DNA from: Naegleria gruberi
Taxonomy: Eukaryota
Length of the DNA: 64,000 bases
Strand: one strand, 5' to 3'
NCBI GenBank assembly: GCA_000004985.1
Contig: GG738845.1
Made by a program: the position numbers and the translations under genes. The notes below the pieces were generated by a model. It worked only from the letters and a program-made list of their open reading frames with translations. It had not been told where the DNA came from and ran no database searches. Shown here in pieces: positions 1 to 11,474 of this stretch (position 1 is the stretch's first letter; every line of letters starts with the position of its first letter).

Positions 1-321
1 AATGATGCTAGTAGAAAGGATTTACCTTGCATTCCTCCATTCCCATCATTTGTCGTTCCAGAAGGTGAAGATATTTCAACAATGGCTAGAGAACAATTAT
101 ATTTGGAGGCTCCAGGTATCAAGCCTTACATTTGGGAAGCTATGGGTATTACTAAGGAAGAAGTTGCCAGAGCTGAACGAGAAGAATTACCAAAGGTTCT
201 TACTTCATCTGATGTTGCTTCCATTCAAACTGCTGTTGCTTATGAAAAGGAAATGACAGAAAAGAGAGCTAAGAGAAAGGCCAAGAGAGATTTGTACGAA
301 GATGAAGATGATGACGAATAA
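1..321 (+). CDS. 3' terminal coding fragment of a gene that starts upstream of the window (acidic C-terminal tail ...RAKRKAKRDLYEDEDDDE); product not recognised
   Basis: Frame 1 is open from base 1 to TAA at 319-321. The listed 82..321 ORF is the tail of this longer frame, and no start codon is visible because the window begins inside the gene. Confidence 0.35.
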   Translation, partial: NDASRKDLPCIPPFPSFVVPEGEDISTMAREQLYLEAPGIKPYIWEAMGITKEEVARAEREELPKVLTSSDVASIQTAVAYEKEMTEKRAKRKAKRDLYEDEDDDE

Positions 322-427
322 TTCATTAAAAACGATAAAAAAATATTAAATTTTGGAATATTAAATGTTTAATTAACAAAAATTGTTACAATTTAATTTT
401 GTAAAGTTCATTAAAATATTAAAAAAA

Positions 428-1231
428 ATGACCACAACAAGAAGATTCACAGCTGATGACATGCTCAAATTCAACAATGTCAACCTTGATTACTACACTG
501 AAACCTACAACATTCCCTTCTACTTTGAATATTTGGCAACATGGCCAGAATACTTTTACACTGTTGAAACACCACACGACGGAACTGTAATGGGATATGG
601 TATGTTGTTAACAGTGTAATATGTGATCAATTTACATCTCTTATATTCTCTCTACTAATGGAAAACCATCTAAAATTTAATCATCATCACGATTAAATAA
701 TTTTCTTGAACAACAATTATTAATCAATGATTAATTATTATTAATCATTATTAATTATTTACTATAATTATTGACTAATAACAATTATTCATATGAACAC
801 AACAATGATGATATTAATTATTTGGATGATCATTATGGAAATTAATTTTCGGAATTAAAGTTATGGGAAAAGTGGAAGGTGATAAACCAAGAAAGAAATG
901 GCACGGTCACGTAACAGCCTTAACTGTAGCACCAGAATTTCGTCGTTTGGGATTGGCAAGGAAAATGATGGATTTATTGGAGGAAATTACAGAAAAGATT
1001 CACAAAGCCTACTTTGTCGATTTATTTGTTCGTGTTTCCAATAAGATAGCTGTGGGAATGTATGAAAAACTTGGATACACAACCTATAGACGAGTGTTAC
1101 AGTACTATTCAGGAAAACATGCAGAGGATGGATTTGATATGAGAAAGAGTACTGCACTAGATCCAGAGAAGAAGGCCATGATTCCACTAGGAAGGGACAT
1201 TCATCCTGAAGAGTTGGATGCTACTCTATAA
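428..1231 (+). CDS. naa20: N-alpha-acetyltransferase 20 (NatB catalytic subunit), 2 exons: join(428..599,861..1231)
   Basis: Translation MTTTRRFTADDMLKFNNVNLDYYTETYNIPFYFEYLATWPEYF...VMGY|V|MGKVEGDKPRKKWHGHVTALTVAPEFRRLGLARKMM matches NAA20/Nat3 along its whole length. The donor is GTATGT at 600 and the acceptor is AAAG at 859-860. The phase-1 codon g+tt=V restores the conserved GY(I/V)MGK motif. Confidence 0.85.
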
Positions 1232-1685
1232 ATATATTTGTTCTGATATTACATCTAGAGTAATTTGGATTTTTTATGAAATCATTTCTAATGTGTGTAT
1301 GTGTAGGTTGGATTGTTTCATCTCTTTACCATTTATGTAGGTTTGGAGATACTCATTTGAAAAACAAAGATATCTTGTTTATGAATTTCTTCCTAATCTA
1401 GATGATATCTTTATCGAGTTCAAAATGAGTTCGATTATTCTTCAAGTTATGAAATAACAAATTAATGACCTATATCTACAGTAATTATGATTCAGTTGAT
1501 ACAACAAAAGTTCTTCAATGTACTTTGCAACCAAGACCGAATCAAAGCACTAAACAGAACATTTCGAACAGAGTTACCTTGTTCAATAGACAGTTGACAT
1601 TTGACAGCTAATCAACAAGGCATAGCCTACGGTCAAATAATTCAAGGCCATCACATAAAAAAAATTCTCAAAAACAACAATAACA

Positions 1686-2540
1686 ATGGCTGAATACAAG
1701 TTTGTCGTCTTAGGTTCAGGAGGTGTCGGTAAATCTGCCCTTACCATCCAATTCATTCAAGGAAACTTTGTTGAAAAGTACGATCCTACCATTGAAGATT
1801 CATACAGAAAGCAAATTGAAGTCGATGGAAAGGCTTGTATGTTGGATATTTTGGATACTGCCGGACAAGAAGGTTTGTTTTTCAAAATAGTTTAGTTTCT
1901 AATAGTATTATTATTATTTAATTTATTTTGTTATCCATTATCATATTTTTTGGATAATGATGATGATGATGAAACTAACATTATTTGTTAATTTCAACAT
2001 TCAAAATCGGTTATTTTTACACTTTGATTTTTATTACACCAACAACAACAATAACAATAATTCGAATAATGATATGATGATAATAATATAATAACAATAG
2101 AATATTCTGCTATGAGAGATCAATATATGAGAACTGGACAAGCCTTCATTCTTGTCTACTCCATCACCGATCCTTCATCATTCGAAGACTTGTTGACCAT
2201 TCATGAACAATTGTTGCGTTCAAAGGATGCCGATGAAGTTCCAATTGTTTTGGTTGGTAACAAGTGCGATTTGGAGGAGGAACGTGCCGTTTCAAAGGAC
2301 GAAGGAAAGTCAATGGCTGAAAAGTTTGGTGACCACTGTAAATTCTTAGAAGCCTCTGCTAAGGAATCTATCAATGTTGAAGAAATTTTCATGAGTTTGG
2401 TCAGATTGGTCGACAAGTTTGAAAATGGTGGCGGTGATGATGAAGGTGAAGAAGAAGCTGAAACAAAGAAGGACACTAAGAAGGATACCAAGAAGAAGAA
2501 GAAGAAGATTACTCTCCCAAAGAATTGTATGCTCTTGTAA
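1686..2540 (+). CDS. Ras-superfamily small GTPase (Ras/Rap-like) with CAAX box CMLL, 2 exons: join(1686..1872,2101..2540)
   Basis: The G1 motif GSGGVGKS, the effector loop [15 protein letters not shown]|[13 protein letters not shown] (re-created across the intron), NKCD, SAK, a polybasic tail and CMLL are all present. The donor is GTTTGT at 1873 and the acceptor ATAG ends at 2100 (phase 1). Confidence 0.85.
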
Positions 2541-2669
2541 ATTACTCTTCTTTTGAATCCTTTTGTAATTGTAGTACTATTTAAATAAATCATCATAATC
2601 CATTCATTCAAAACATTTCGAATTTATTGAAAAGAATTTCCAAGAAGTTTAAGTGAAAAGGCAATATGG

Positions 2670-3519
2670 TTAGTACTTGTATTGATAGGTAATTTGGCAT
2701 TCAATGGCTTTAATTTCTTGCATGTATTCCTTTCTCATCTCAATATCACGCATTAACCAATCAATGATAAATCTCAATAGTTTTTTACCATCACACCTCA
2801 ATCCATACTTGATTTTTGTTGCGGCTTTAAGGAAGGTGATTAATGTAGTTGGAGAAAAGTTCAGTAATTCTTCTTGATTCGTCGAGAGAATTGCCTCAAA
2901 GTTCTTACTCATTTCCAATACACATGTTTGCAACATTCTATCAATGAATGAATCTTGAACATTTAATGAGAGAATCAATTTGAAAACAGTAAAACAATTT
3001 GATGGCTTGATGTTGGTTTCAATATCGATCTGAATTGATTCAATCAATCCACCCTTAACCATATACTGTAGAATGATGATTATAATTTGATAGAAAATTG
3101 AAATAATTATTCAATACTCGTCTTCTTACCTTTTGAGAAATTAAAAGCAAATTAATTGCTTGTTCTGTAGTAAATGAAATCTCACCCGAGTAGAAGAATT
3201 CAATTAATTGGAGTAGTGCTTCTTCTTCAATCAAATCATTAACAATCCATTCATCATTCTGTACAAAAGATGTAGACTCCTCAATTATTGTATTTTCAGC
3301 AAGATTACTGGTAACCTCAACAAATTCCTCATCTCTTTCCACCTCCTCTTCAATAGGATTGAATAACCGATCAAAGAATTCCGAATGAACAGAGAGTATA
3401 CCCTTCCATACGAAAATCTTCCTTTTCAAATTTACGAACACAATAGTAAAATCCGAATAATTTGGATTATTATACAAGTGCTTAAATCTTGATCTGTGAT
3501 CCTCCTTAAATACAACCAT
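2670..3519 (-). CDS. BTB/POZ domain protein with BACK-like C-terminal region, 2 exons: join(2670..3065,3130..3519)
   Basis: The N-terminus DFTIVFVNLKRKIFVWKGILSVHSEFFDRLF is a typical BTB fold. The two listed minus-strand ORFs are joined by a 64-nt intron with GTAAGA donor and TACAG acceptor, phase 0, giving ...LLISQK|YMVKGG.... Confidence 0.6.
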
Positions 3520-3829
3520 GATGATTCCTATTAACTATATATCGACTACAATTGTTTGATATTTTCTTTAATAATGTGCTGTTATAACACGAGACAAAAC
3601 AACTCCAATCGCTCTCTCCTAATATTATTTAATAAGAATTGAAAGGTTGAGAGATAAAGATGATGATTGTGTCTTTCAATATTTACAGCGAATTATTAAG
3701 GGATGCCGACAAGGGGTTTTTTATTTTTATAATGATGATTTATGATAATTATCGCGCTGATTATCTGAGCATAATTTGGTGTTTCTTAATTGTGTTGAGC
3801 AATATATTCAATATTTATTAATACTATTA

Positions 3830-5293
3830 TTAATTAACGTATGGACAATTGCAAGTGAGAGTATTCGATTCAGAGACGAAAGGTTGACATCCAGAACAAA
3901 CCCAAACAGAAGAAGTTGAATAGTATTCTGATCCAGATGTTGGCAAAGAAACTTGGATACATTGTCCCTTACCACTTGCAGATCTCAAAAAAGTAGTACT
4001 GAGATCTGGGAAGGCACAATTAGTTACAGAAATGGAATTGCAAGTTCCCTTAATGAAATCAAAATAGAAGGAACCATCTTCTTGTCTGTGAATGTAAGGC
4101 TTGAATGCATAGTTCTTCATTTGTGGTTGATTGAACATTTTGATAAATTCTGTGGCAAATCCACTACTTGCACCAGACAATTCAATCTTTTCACCCAATT
4201 GACCAATTTTACCATTTCTAGCGTAATGATAAACATAGAATGGAAGTGTTTGAGCTTGCTCTGATTGAATGTGAGAATATAACGAAGAACGAATGTTCAA
4301 AATCTCTTTAACCTTTGCGTCCAAGTATTCTTGGTAAACTTTCTTCATATTTTCTTGCTTTGGACCATTTGGGAAAGCTCTCCAAATTGGAACTGATAAG
4401 AATTTAACAGGAACTGGGTTGAGACTGAATGTGTTAACTCTCTGCTTGATATCACTCAATTCTGGATTACCTCCAACAATGTCCAATTGTGAAACTTTGT
4501 GATATCTAATGTAGCCACTTGGAAGAGTGTTTGGAGCATCACCGGCTGCCATTTGCAATTCCAAATCCAAATAATTCTTCATATTAGCATCATTGAAACA
4601 AGATCTAACTGAAACAGTCAAATCAACAACTCCACCATACTCAACTTGATAAAGAATTGAATCTCCAAATGATGAAATAACTAAATTATATAAATCTCTA
4701 TCCAATGTTGATGGTAAAATATCTAAAATTCTTTGAAAATCTTCAGTGACTTCAACTTTATCAACTGAAACAGCATGTGTAACATATTGTTGTTGAGCAT
4801 CCATGACCATCATGTTTCCCTTAAAGTAGTTTGTGAAAATTTCGGCAGCTCCAGAATTATGACTATACAATCCATTATAAATAGGAACACCATCACCTGG
4901 ATACACATAATCAAAGAATCTCTCGGCACTATCCATCACATTCAGGAATTTAGTGACTGTTTGTGTGACCTTCTTTGCTTGAGGTGATTTAACAATTTGA
5001 GGTTTAATAGTGTGATCTATTCTGCTGTATCCAACTCCAGCCACAATTGGCAGATCCTCCATTACATTTCTAGAGAGTGGATTGACCCTCACTCCATTAC
5101 ATTTCAATCCCTTCATTCCAATCATACATTTGGCTTCCATCTTTGAGATTTGTGTTTTTAATTGAACCTTTGGATCCACAAGAGCCCTCAATCGAGGAGT
5201 CTGATTGGAGTAAACAATTAAATTCAACACAACAATGATGAATGAAAACATAATTCCACTCTTCATAACCTTGTTGTTGCATGTTGTATACAT
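3830..5293 (-). CDS. Secreted protein with signal peptide and a MACPF-like signature (possible membrane-attack-complex/perforin domain)
   Basis: The first M of the listed ORF is a TTG, and real ATGs lie at 5293 and 5266. There is a hydrophobic signal MKSGIMFSFIIVVLNLIVYS. The motif FGDSILYQVEYGG fits the MACPF signature [YWF]-G-[TSD]-[HS]-[FYI]-x6-G-G, and the C-terminus is cysteine-rich. Confidence 0.5.
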   Translation of the reverse strand: MYTTCNNKVMKSGIMFSFIIVVLNLIVYSNQTPRLRALVDPKVQLKTQISKMEAKCMIGMKGLKCNGVRVNPLSRNVMEDLPIVAGVGYSRIDHTIKPQIVKSPQAKKVTQTVTKFLNVMDSAERFFDYVYPGDGVPIYNGLYSHNSGAAEIFTNYFKGNMMVMDAQQQYVTHAVSVDKVEVTEDFQRILDILPSTLDRDLYNLVISSFGDSILYQVEYGGVVDLTVSVRSCFNDANMKNYLDLELQMAAGDAPNTLPSGYIRYHKVSQLDIVGGNPELSDIKQRVNTFSLNPVPVKFLSVPIWRAFPNGPKQENMKKVYQEYLDAKVKEILNIRSSLYSHIQSEQAQTLPFYVYHYARNGKIGQLGEKIELSGASSGFATEFIKMFNQPQMKNYAFKPYIHRQEDGSFYFDFIKGTCNSISVTNCAFPDLSTTFLRSASGKGQCIQVSLPTSGSEYYSTSSVWVCSGCQPFVSESNTLTCNCPYVN

Positions 5294-5811
5294 GTTTATA
5301 TTTTTATGATAATTATTAGATTCATCATGCTTTTGAAAAATCAGCAATAATTAAAAACTAATTAATGCTGCTGCTGGCTTGATGTTGTTGATGTTGAGGT
5401 ATTTTCTATTTGTGATGATGAGACCACTACTGCAATGTTGTTATTGTTCGTCGAGTATTTGGCGAGAGAGGTTTTGGTTGTGTGGTATTTTCAAATTTCC
5501 AAAAACAAACTAACTGTAATCAAGTGCTAAATTTGTGCTTGCCTTACACAATTAAGACAGTGAGGGAGATTGCGAAGATTCAAATTACAACTAGTTTAAA
5601 GTTTACAAAATATGAAATAGTTGACGAAATTGAAAATGTCTTAACCATTTTCTTTACTCTTATTGGTAACTTAAAATATGGAGGTTAGGAAAATTCTCTT
5701 GATGAATCACTAGCTTGCGTTTAAATTATGTTAATTAATAATACTTTATTTCAACAGAAACCTAACCAAACCATTGACGAAAGGTCAATCCAATGTGTTT
5801 CCACACGTCAA

Positions 5812-6390
5812 TTAAATTTCTGTGTATTCTACAGTCTCAGCATTTTCCTCTTGATTGTTCAATTCATTCTCATCGACTATTTCCTTTTGCAACTCTAAAT
5901 CTCTCTTATGCCATTCTCTCCACTTTATAGTATCAATTACTTGTATCTTTCCACTCTTTGGTTTTGCAATTTTGAAACATTGACACAGGGCCAAAGCTGC
6001 AAACCAATTGAAAATTTCAAATAATTTCAACCAGAGAGGATCTTCCACTCTCACTCCACTGTTTGGATCGTAATCCTCATAACATTTAATAGATGTTAGA
6101 GCACCAACAACAAGAAGTAAACATCCAACAATGGCAGAGTTTACAATAACAACTACTTGAAGAAGTGATAATTGATAACTCAATGCTGCCACTTCATCCT
6201 TGGTAGCATAACTCTACATTCAAATAACAAAATTAAAATACATGTAACATGTTCAACAACTTACAGTTGAATTTGTGATGGTAGAATTGGAAATTGTCGA
6301 GTTTGTTTGTCCATTCACTTGAATCACAGCAACACTCAACAATATCAACAAACAAATGAAACCCTTTAAGGATTGCGACATTTTTTTCAT
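5812..6390 (-). CDS. Small type I membrane protein (signal peptide, N-glycosylated S/T-rich stalk, one TM, acidic tail), 2 exons: join(5812..6213,6265..6390)
   Basis: Exon 1 encodes MKKMSQSLKGFICLLILLSVAVIQVNGQTNSTISNSTITNST. The donor is GTAAGT and the acceptor TGTAG, with a 51-nt intron in phase 0. Exon 2 is the listed 126-aa ORF, whose annotated M is actually GTG/V and which is open upstream as far as the acceptor. Confidence 0.5.
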
Positions 6391-6967
6391 AATATTTCTG
6401 AAACACTGCTTTCCATTGAGTGATGCAGGTGTGATACTCCTTATAATTGTGTTGCGTAGTGGCTAGATTGTGGTCAGTTTGTTAATTGGTTCACTCAAAT
6501 ATTATGAGTAGAAACGAATCAAAACAATGAAAAGAACTTTCGTACAATTCTTAATAATCAAAAATCCCAATTAAATTTAATGATGCTGAGCTGCCCCTGC
6601 GAAAAATTCGCTTCATACAAACCCATGAACATTTAAGGTTGAAAGCTCGGTCAAGATTCTTTACCACCAAAACAGAATCTCAACCAAATCGATTTGCATT
6701 TTTATTTTTAATTTTATTTTTAAATATTCATTCTTCCTTCCGACCTACTAGTTGGAACATGGCTAAAACCAATTAGACCATGTTGCCTAATAACTCTAAA
6801 TTATCGTATTCATCATCGCCTTCAATGAACATCGTCATCAGACGCTGCGTCTTTTTGTTAGTTGTGTGTTCTTGTTGCTTCCACAAGGAAATGTGATAAC
6901 AACGATAAGATTCATTGAAAAAGCCCAAAAAGCAACAGACATAACAGAAACACACAATTAAAAAAAA

Positions 6968-9900
6968 ATGGCAGATGATGCACATATCGAATTGATAGAT
7001 GCGACTGCCCCAGCCGCAAATACTGGAGCCTCCAGCTCAAACAATAATACAACAACGAATAATACATTTGCAGAGGCTGTAAGAAAATCCTTGGATTATA
7101 TTCAACATGCTACTACAAATAGGCCAAGTACTGACAGGAAAGCACCATCTACAGAAGTAGGTGCCATCTTTGAAGAAGTCCGTCAAAGTATTGACTTGGT
7201 CAGAAGTATGCAAGAACAGGAACAAAAAACTGGTAAGAAGGGAAAGAAGAACAAGGTTTTGGAGAAGGCCAAGAAAAAGGCTATTGATATTACCGAACAC
7301 GAGATGCCAGTAGAGAAATTGTTGGACTTATATGGCTCTAATTTTGCTTCTGACCCGGAAGCTTCCCAAGGTTTGAGTGAAAAGGTTGCTCAAGAACGTT
7401 TAGCTGTCAATGGTCCTAACAAATTGAAACCACCTAAGAAGAAGCCATTTATTTTCAAGGTTATTGAACAATTTACAAGTTTATTCTCTTTGTTGATGAT
7501 TTTTGCCGGATTCTTATGTATTTTGGATCCTATTATTGAACAAAGTGTAGACTCAATTCCTAATGTCTTTTTGGGTGTCATTTTGTGGGCTGTCGTCGTT
7601 TTGAATGCCGCCATTTCATTGGTACAAGAAAGAGGAAGTGAAAAAGTATTGGAAGGTTTTATGTCTATGCAAAAGAGTTCAGTTTTAGTTGTAAGAGATG
7701 GTGTTTTAAGAAAAGTTGATGCGGATACACTCGTTTTGGGTGATATTGTTAAAATTGAAGCTGGTGACATTGTTCCAGCCGATTTGAGACTTTTACATAC
7801 AAGTGGTTTGAAGGTAGATAACAGTTCTTTGACTGGTGAAGCTGATCCTCAAAGCAGAACATCCGAATCTAGTTCTTCAAATCCATTGGAAACAGCCAAC
7901 TTGGCTTTCTTTGGTACAACTGTTCTTGACGGAAGTGGATACGGAATTGTAATTAGATGTGGTAACGTTACAGTCATTGGTCAAATTGCTCTCCTTGCTG
8001 GTACTGCTCCTACTTTGAAGACTCCATTGAGAAGAGAAATTGATAACTTTGTTAGAAGTATTGGTATTATTGCCTTGACCAGTTCTGTTATCTTGTTTTG
8101 TATTGCTTTGGGTCTCGGACTCAGTTGGTATCAAGCTTTCCTTTTTGCTATTGGTGTAGTTACTGCAAATATTCCAGAAGGTTTAATTGCCGTCGTTACT
8201 GTTTGCTTGACTGTTTCTGCTAAGAGATTGATGGCTGTTAATGTCCTTGTTAAAAAATTAGAACACGTCGAAACTTTGGGTAGTACATCTGTAATTTGCT
8301 CAGATAAGACAGGTACTTTAACTCAAAACAGAATGACTGTTGTTGAAACTTGGATTGACGGTAATGTTAATGCTATTGCTTATGAAAGAATGATGAAAGC
8401 AAAACCAGAAAAGCCTGCAAGTGAACTCCCAGATATGAGTCAAATTTCTGAAGAAGCTTTGACAGGTTATCAAACTCTTATCAGAGCATGTGCATTGTGC
8501 AGTGCTACTACCTTTGTTCAATCTGAAACCAATCTTGCCAAGCCAATTCTTGACAGAGAATGTATTGGTGATGCTTCTGAAACAGCCCTTATTAAGTTTG
8601 TTGAAACTAGAAATGATACAGCTACTCTTCTAGGTATTAGAGGAGCACACACCAGTCTCTACACTATTCCATTCAATTCCAAGAATAAGTGGATGTTGGA
8701 AGTTCGTGAAAAACCAGGTTTGGATAAGGCTATTCTTTTTATGAAGGGTGCCCCAGAAAGAATTATCAGTAGATGTACATCAATCTTAATTGGTGGTAAG
8801 GTCTTCCCATTGGATGAAATGTGGAAGAATAACTTCCAACAAGCTTATGACTTCTTTGCTATGAAAGGTGAACGTGTCTTGGGTTTTGCTCAATTGATGA
8901 TTGATAAGGAATGTGTAAAGAAACAATTAGAAGCAGAAGAATCAGGTGGTACATCTGACGGTTTGTTGATTCCGACTGAAGGTTTGACATTTGTTGGCAT
9001 GTGTGCTTTGACTGATCCTCCAAAGGTTGGTGTTCCAGAAGCTATTGCTAAATGTAAACATGCTGGTATTCAAGTTGTCATGGTTACAGGTGATCACCCT
9101 GCTACTGCTAAGGCTATTGCTAAACAAGTTGGTATTCTTAATGACGACTGTATGACTAGAGAAGATCTTGCCATGGATGAAGGATGTTCCGCAGAATCCA
9201 TTCCATTTAGTAGACCAGAAGTTGATGCTGTTGTTTTGCATGGTGAAGAAATTGACAAACTCTCTTCTAAGGAATGGAGAGCAATTTTGAAGAAGAAACA
9301 AATTGTATTTTCCAGAACTTCTCCTCAACAAAAATTGTTAATTGTCAGCAAATTCCAAGAAATGGGTCACTGTGTTGCTGTTACTGGTGATGGTACTAAC
9401 GACTCTCCTGCTTTGAGAAAGGCTGATATTGGTGTTGCTATGAATATTTCTGGTTCTGCTGTTTCTAAGGATGCAGCTGCTATTATTTTGATGGATGATA
9501 ACTTTGCTTCAATTGTTAACGGTGTTGAAGAAGGTAGATTGATTTTCGATAACTTGAAGAAGTCTATTGCTTATACTTTGACTCACGCCATTCCAGAAGT
9601 TAGTAGTTTCTTGGTTTATGCTATTTTTGGTATTCCACTCCCATTGACTGGTGTTCAAGTCTTGATGATTGACTTGGGTACTGAATTGATGAATGCTATT
9701 TCTCTTGCTTATGAACCTGCTGAAAGTGATATTATGTCTGTTCCTCCAAGAAGTAAGACAGAGAGACTTGTCGGTTTCCAACTTTTCTCTTATTCATATC
9801 TCCAAGTTGGTGTAATTGAGGCTCTTGGTTGTTATTGTTGTTATTTCCTTGCTCTTGCTTTCTATGGTGTTCCACCATCATATTGTTGGAATGCTTCTAG

Positions 9901-10309
9901 ATCAAACTACTTTACAGCCACTGCTCCAGACTTGCACATTATTGAAACAGGTCTCAAGATTTCTGCTAAACATCAAGTAGATATTTTGTGTACTGCTCAA
10001 ACAGCTTATTTCCTTTGTATTGTCATTTGCCAATGGGCTACCTTAATGTCAACAAGAACAAGAAGAACATCTGTATTCTTTAAGGGATTCTCTGCAAACT
10101 TGTGGATTTATGCAGGTGTTGTTTTTGCTGTACTTTTGACTTGTTTCTTCTTATACGTTCCTTTCATTTCAGATTTCATTTTCCAAATTAGACCTGTCAG
10201 TATTGACTTTTGGTTGTGGCCAGTTCCTTGGGCTTTTGGTGTTTTGTTCTATGACGAACTTAGAAAATTATTATTGAGAAAGTTGAAGATTTCTGCCATT
10301 GCCTGGTAA
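6968..10309 (+). CDS. P-type ATPase, type IIC (Na+/K+- or H+/K+-ATPase alpha-subunit family), single exon, 1113 aa
   Basis: Diagnostic motifs are present: ICSDKTGTLTQN (phosphorylation site), TGDHPATAKAIA, VAVTGDGTNDSPALRKADIGVAMNISGSAVSKDAAAIILMDDNFASIV, and ten predicted TM segments. The domain order is the one typical of Na/K-ATPase alpha subunits. Confidence 0.9.
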   Translation: MADDAHIELIDATAPAANTGASSSNNNTTTNNTFAEAVRKSLDYIQHATTNRPSTDRKAPSTEVGAIFEEVRQSIDLVRSMQEQEQKTGKKGKKNKVLEKAKKKAIDITEHEMPVEKLLDLYGSNFASDPEASQGLSEKVAQERLAVNGPNKLKPPKKKPFIFKVIEQFTSLFSLLMIFAGFLCILDPIIEQSVDSIPNVFLGVILWAVVVLNAAISLVQERGSEKVLEGFMSMQKSSVLVVRDGVLRKVDADTLVLGDIVKIEAGDIVPADLRLLHTSGLKVDNSSLTGEADPQSRTSESSSSNPLETANLAFFGTTVLDGSGYGIVIRCGNVTVIGQIALLAGTAPTLKTPLRREIDNFVRSIGIIALTSSVILFCIALGLGLSWYQAFLFAIGVVTANIPEGLIAVVTVCLTVSAKRLMAVNVLVKKLEHVETLGSTSVICSDKTGTLTQNRMTVVETWIDGNVNAIAYERMMKAKPEKPASELPDMSQISEEALTGYQTLIRACALCSATTFVQSETNLAKPILDRECIGDASETALIKFVETRNDTATLLGIRGAHTSLYTIPFNSKNKWMLEVREKPGLDKAILFMKGAPERIISRCTSILIGGKVFPLDEMWKNNFQQAYDFFAMKGERVLGFAQLMIDKECVKKQLEAEESGGTSDGLLIPTEGLTFVGMCALTDPPKVGVPEAIAKCKHAGIQVVMVTGDHPATAKAIAKQVGILNDDCMTREDLAMDEGCSAESIPFSRPEVDAVVLHGEEIDKLSSKEWRAILKKKQIVFSRTSPQQKLLIVSKFQEMGHCVAVTGDGTNDSPALRKADIGVAMNISGSAVSKDAAAIILMDDNFASIVNGVEEGRLIFDNLKKSIAYTLTHAIPEVSSFLVYAIFGIPLPLTGVQVLMIDLGTELMNAISLAYEPAESDIMSVPPRSKTERLVGFQLFSYSYLQVGVIEALGCYCCYFLALAFYGVPPSYCWNASRSNYFTATAPDLHIIETGLKISAKHQVDILCTAQTAYFLCIVICQWATLMSTRTRRTSVFFKGFSANLWIYAGVVFAVLLTCFFLYVPFISDFIFQIRPVSIDFWLWPVPWAFGVLFYDELRKLLLRKLKISAIAW

Positions 10310-10512
10310 ACTAAAATAAAACCTAAATTATTCTAAAATCAGATTAATCTGAATATCTAGCTTTCCAAGTTTCTGATTTAACAGAATAGACGAACATTGA
10401 GAGATACACAACTACCTATTGTAGACGGGTTTTTCCTTACAACCGTAAATTAATTTCGCCTCTATTGTCTGTTGAGACTCTTTCCATAACCTCAGTCTCA
10501 AAAGAAACCAAA

Positions 10513-11367
10513 ATGCAATTTTCAAAAGTTTCAAAAAAAATACAATTAAACATAATGATGCAACAACAGTCAACAACAACATCACAAGAGACCATAACAA
10601 CACCAACAACTTCCGATGCATTGTCACGAGATGAAATCGAATATAAACAGAAGGAAAAACAGCAACAATTCGATGAAGAAAAATCATTGACATCTCCGAC
10701 ATCTTTTACTACCACTACTTCTCAACAACAACAACAGAAGCAAACTTTGGACAATAAACAACAAGAAATTAATGAAAGTAATAAGACATTGAATAGTAAA
10801 GAATTATCTGGTCCTAATAAATCAAATAAATCGGAGAGTTTGGAGCATCCCATGTCTATCAAGGAATTTCTCAAGATTACAATTCTTCCTCGATGGTATT
10901 CAGTGCCCAACAAGGTGAGTGAAGCAAGAGATATGTTGGCAACAGTAAGTTTCACTCAGATGATGGAATTTTTAACTTTATAATAACAGGAAAGAACCAT
11001 GTTGAGTTGGTATAGAACTGCATTTTCAATTTTGGGTGTTGGAATTGCTGTTTCGAGGAGTAAGTTTCTATATATAAGAGTGTTTATATTGATTTATTGA
11101 TATATGATAGTGAAAAAATCTGATGGTTCTGTAATTCCAAAGGTTGTTGGAGCAATTTCATGTTCACTAGCTATGATTTTAATCATGTATGCTCATTTGA
11201 GATATTATGCAGTTATGAAATCTCTATTCGAATGTAAGTTGAAAGAGTTTTGTGTCTATATTAACTCGACAATAGATCACTTTTCTGCTGATACATTATC
11301 TCCTCCTTTCATTCTCCTTATTGGCTTGCTAATTTGTGTCATTGCTGTTCTTTTATTCTTTGTGTAA
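10513..11367 (+). CDS. DUF202 (YidH)-type three-helix membrane protein, paralog A, 4 exons: join(10513..10944,10990..11059,11111..11233,11276..11367)
   Basis: The motif RWYSVPNKVSEARDMLAT|ERTMLSWYRTAFSILGVGIAVSR is the conserved DUF202 signature. The introns are 45, 51 and 42 nt (GTAAGT/GTAAGT/GTAAGT donors, CAG/TAG/TAG acceptors), and the phases restore three hydrophobic helices. The first ATG is at 10513, since the tool's 10465 start is TTG. Confidence 0.65.
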
Positions 11368-11474
11368 ATAACCCCCTAAACTTAATTTTGATATAATAAA
11401 TTAATTTATTTAAACTCGAATTTCAGTATTATATTTACATTCTAATCAATTGGTTGTTGCTCATTTAAATTCAT

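Noticed and set aside
2-256. ORF 2..256 (MMLVERIYLAFLHS...)
   Set aside because: It is the alternative frame of the more convincing frame-1 C-terminal fragment, which ends in an acidic tail and a stop at 321.
7037-10309. Multiple 60-130 aa minus-strand ORFs inside the P-type ATPase gene (7037..7300, 7390..7770, 7877..8134, 8318..8521, 8942..9331, 9509..9781)
   Set aside because: They are antisense to a strongly supported, motif-rich CDS. They are low-complexity translations with no start context or homology, the usual shadow ORFs of an AT-rich coding strand.
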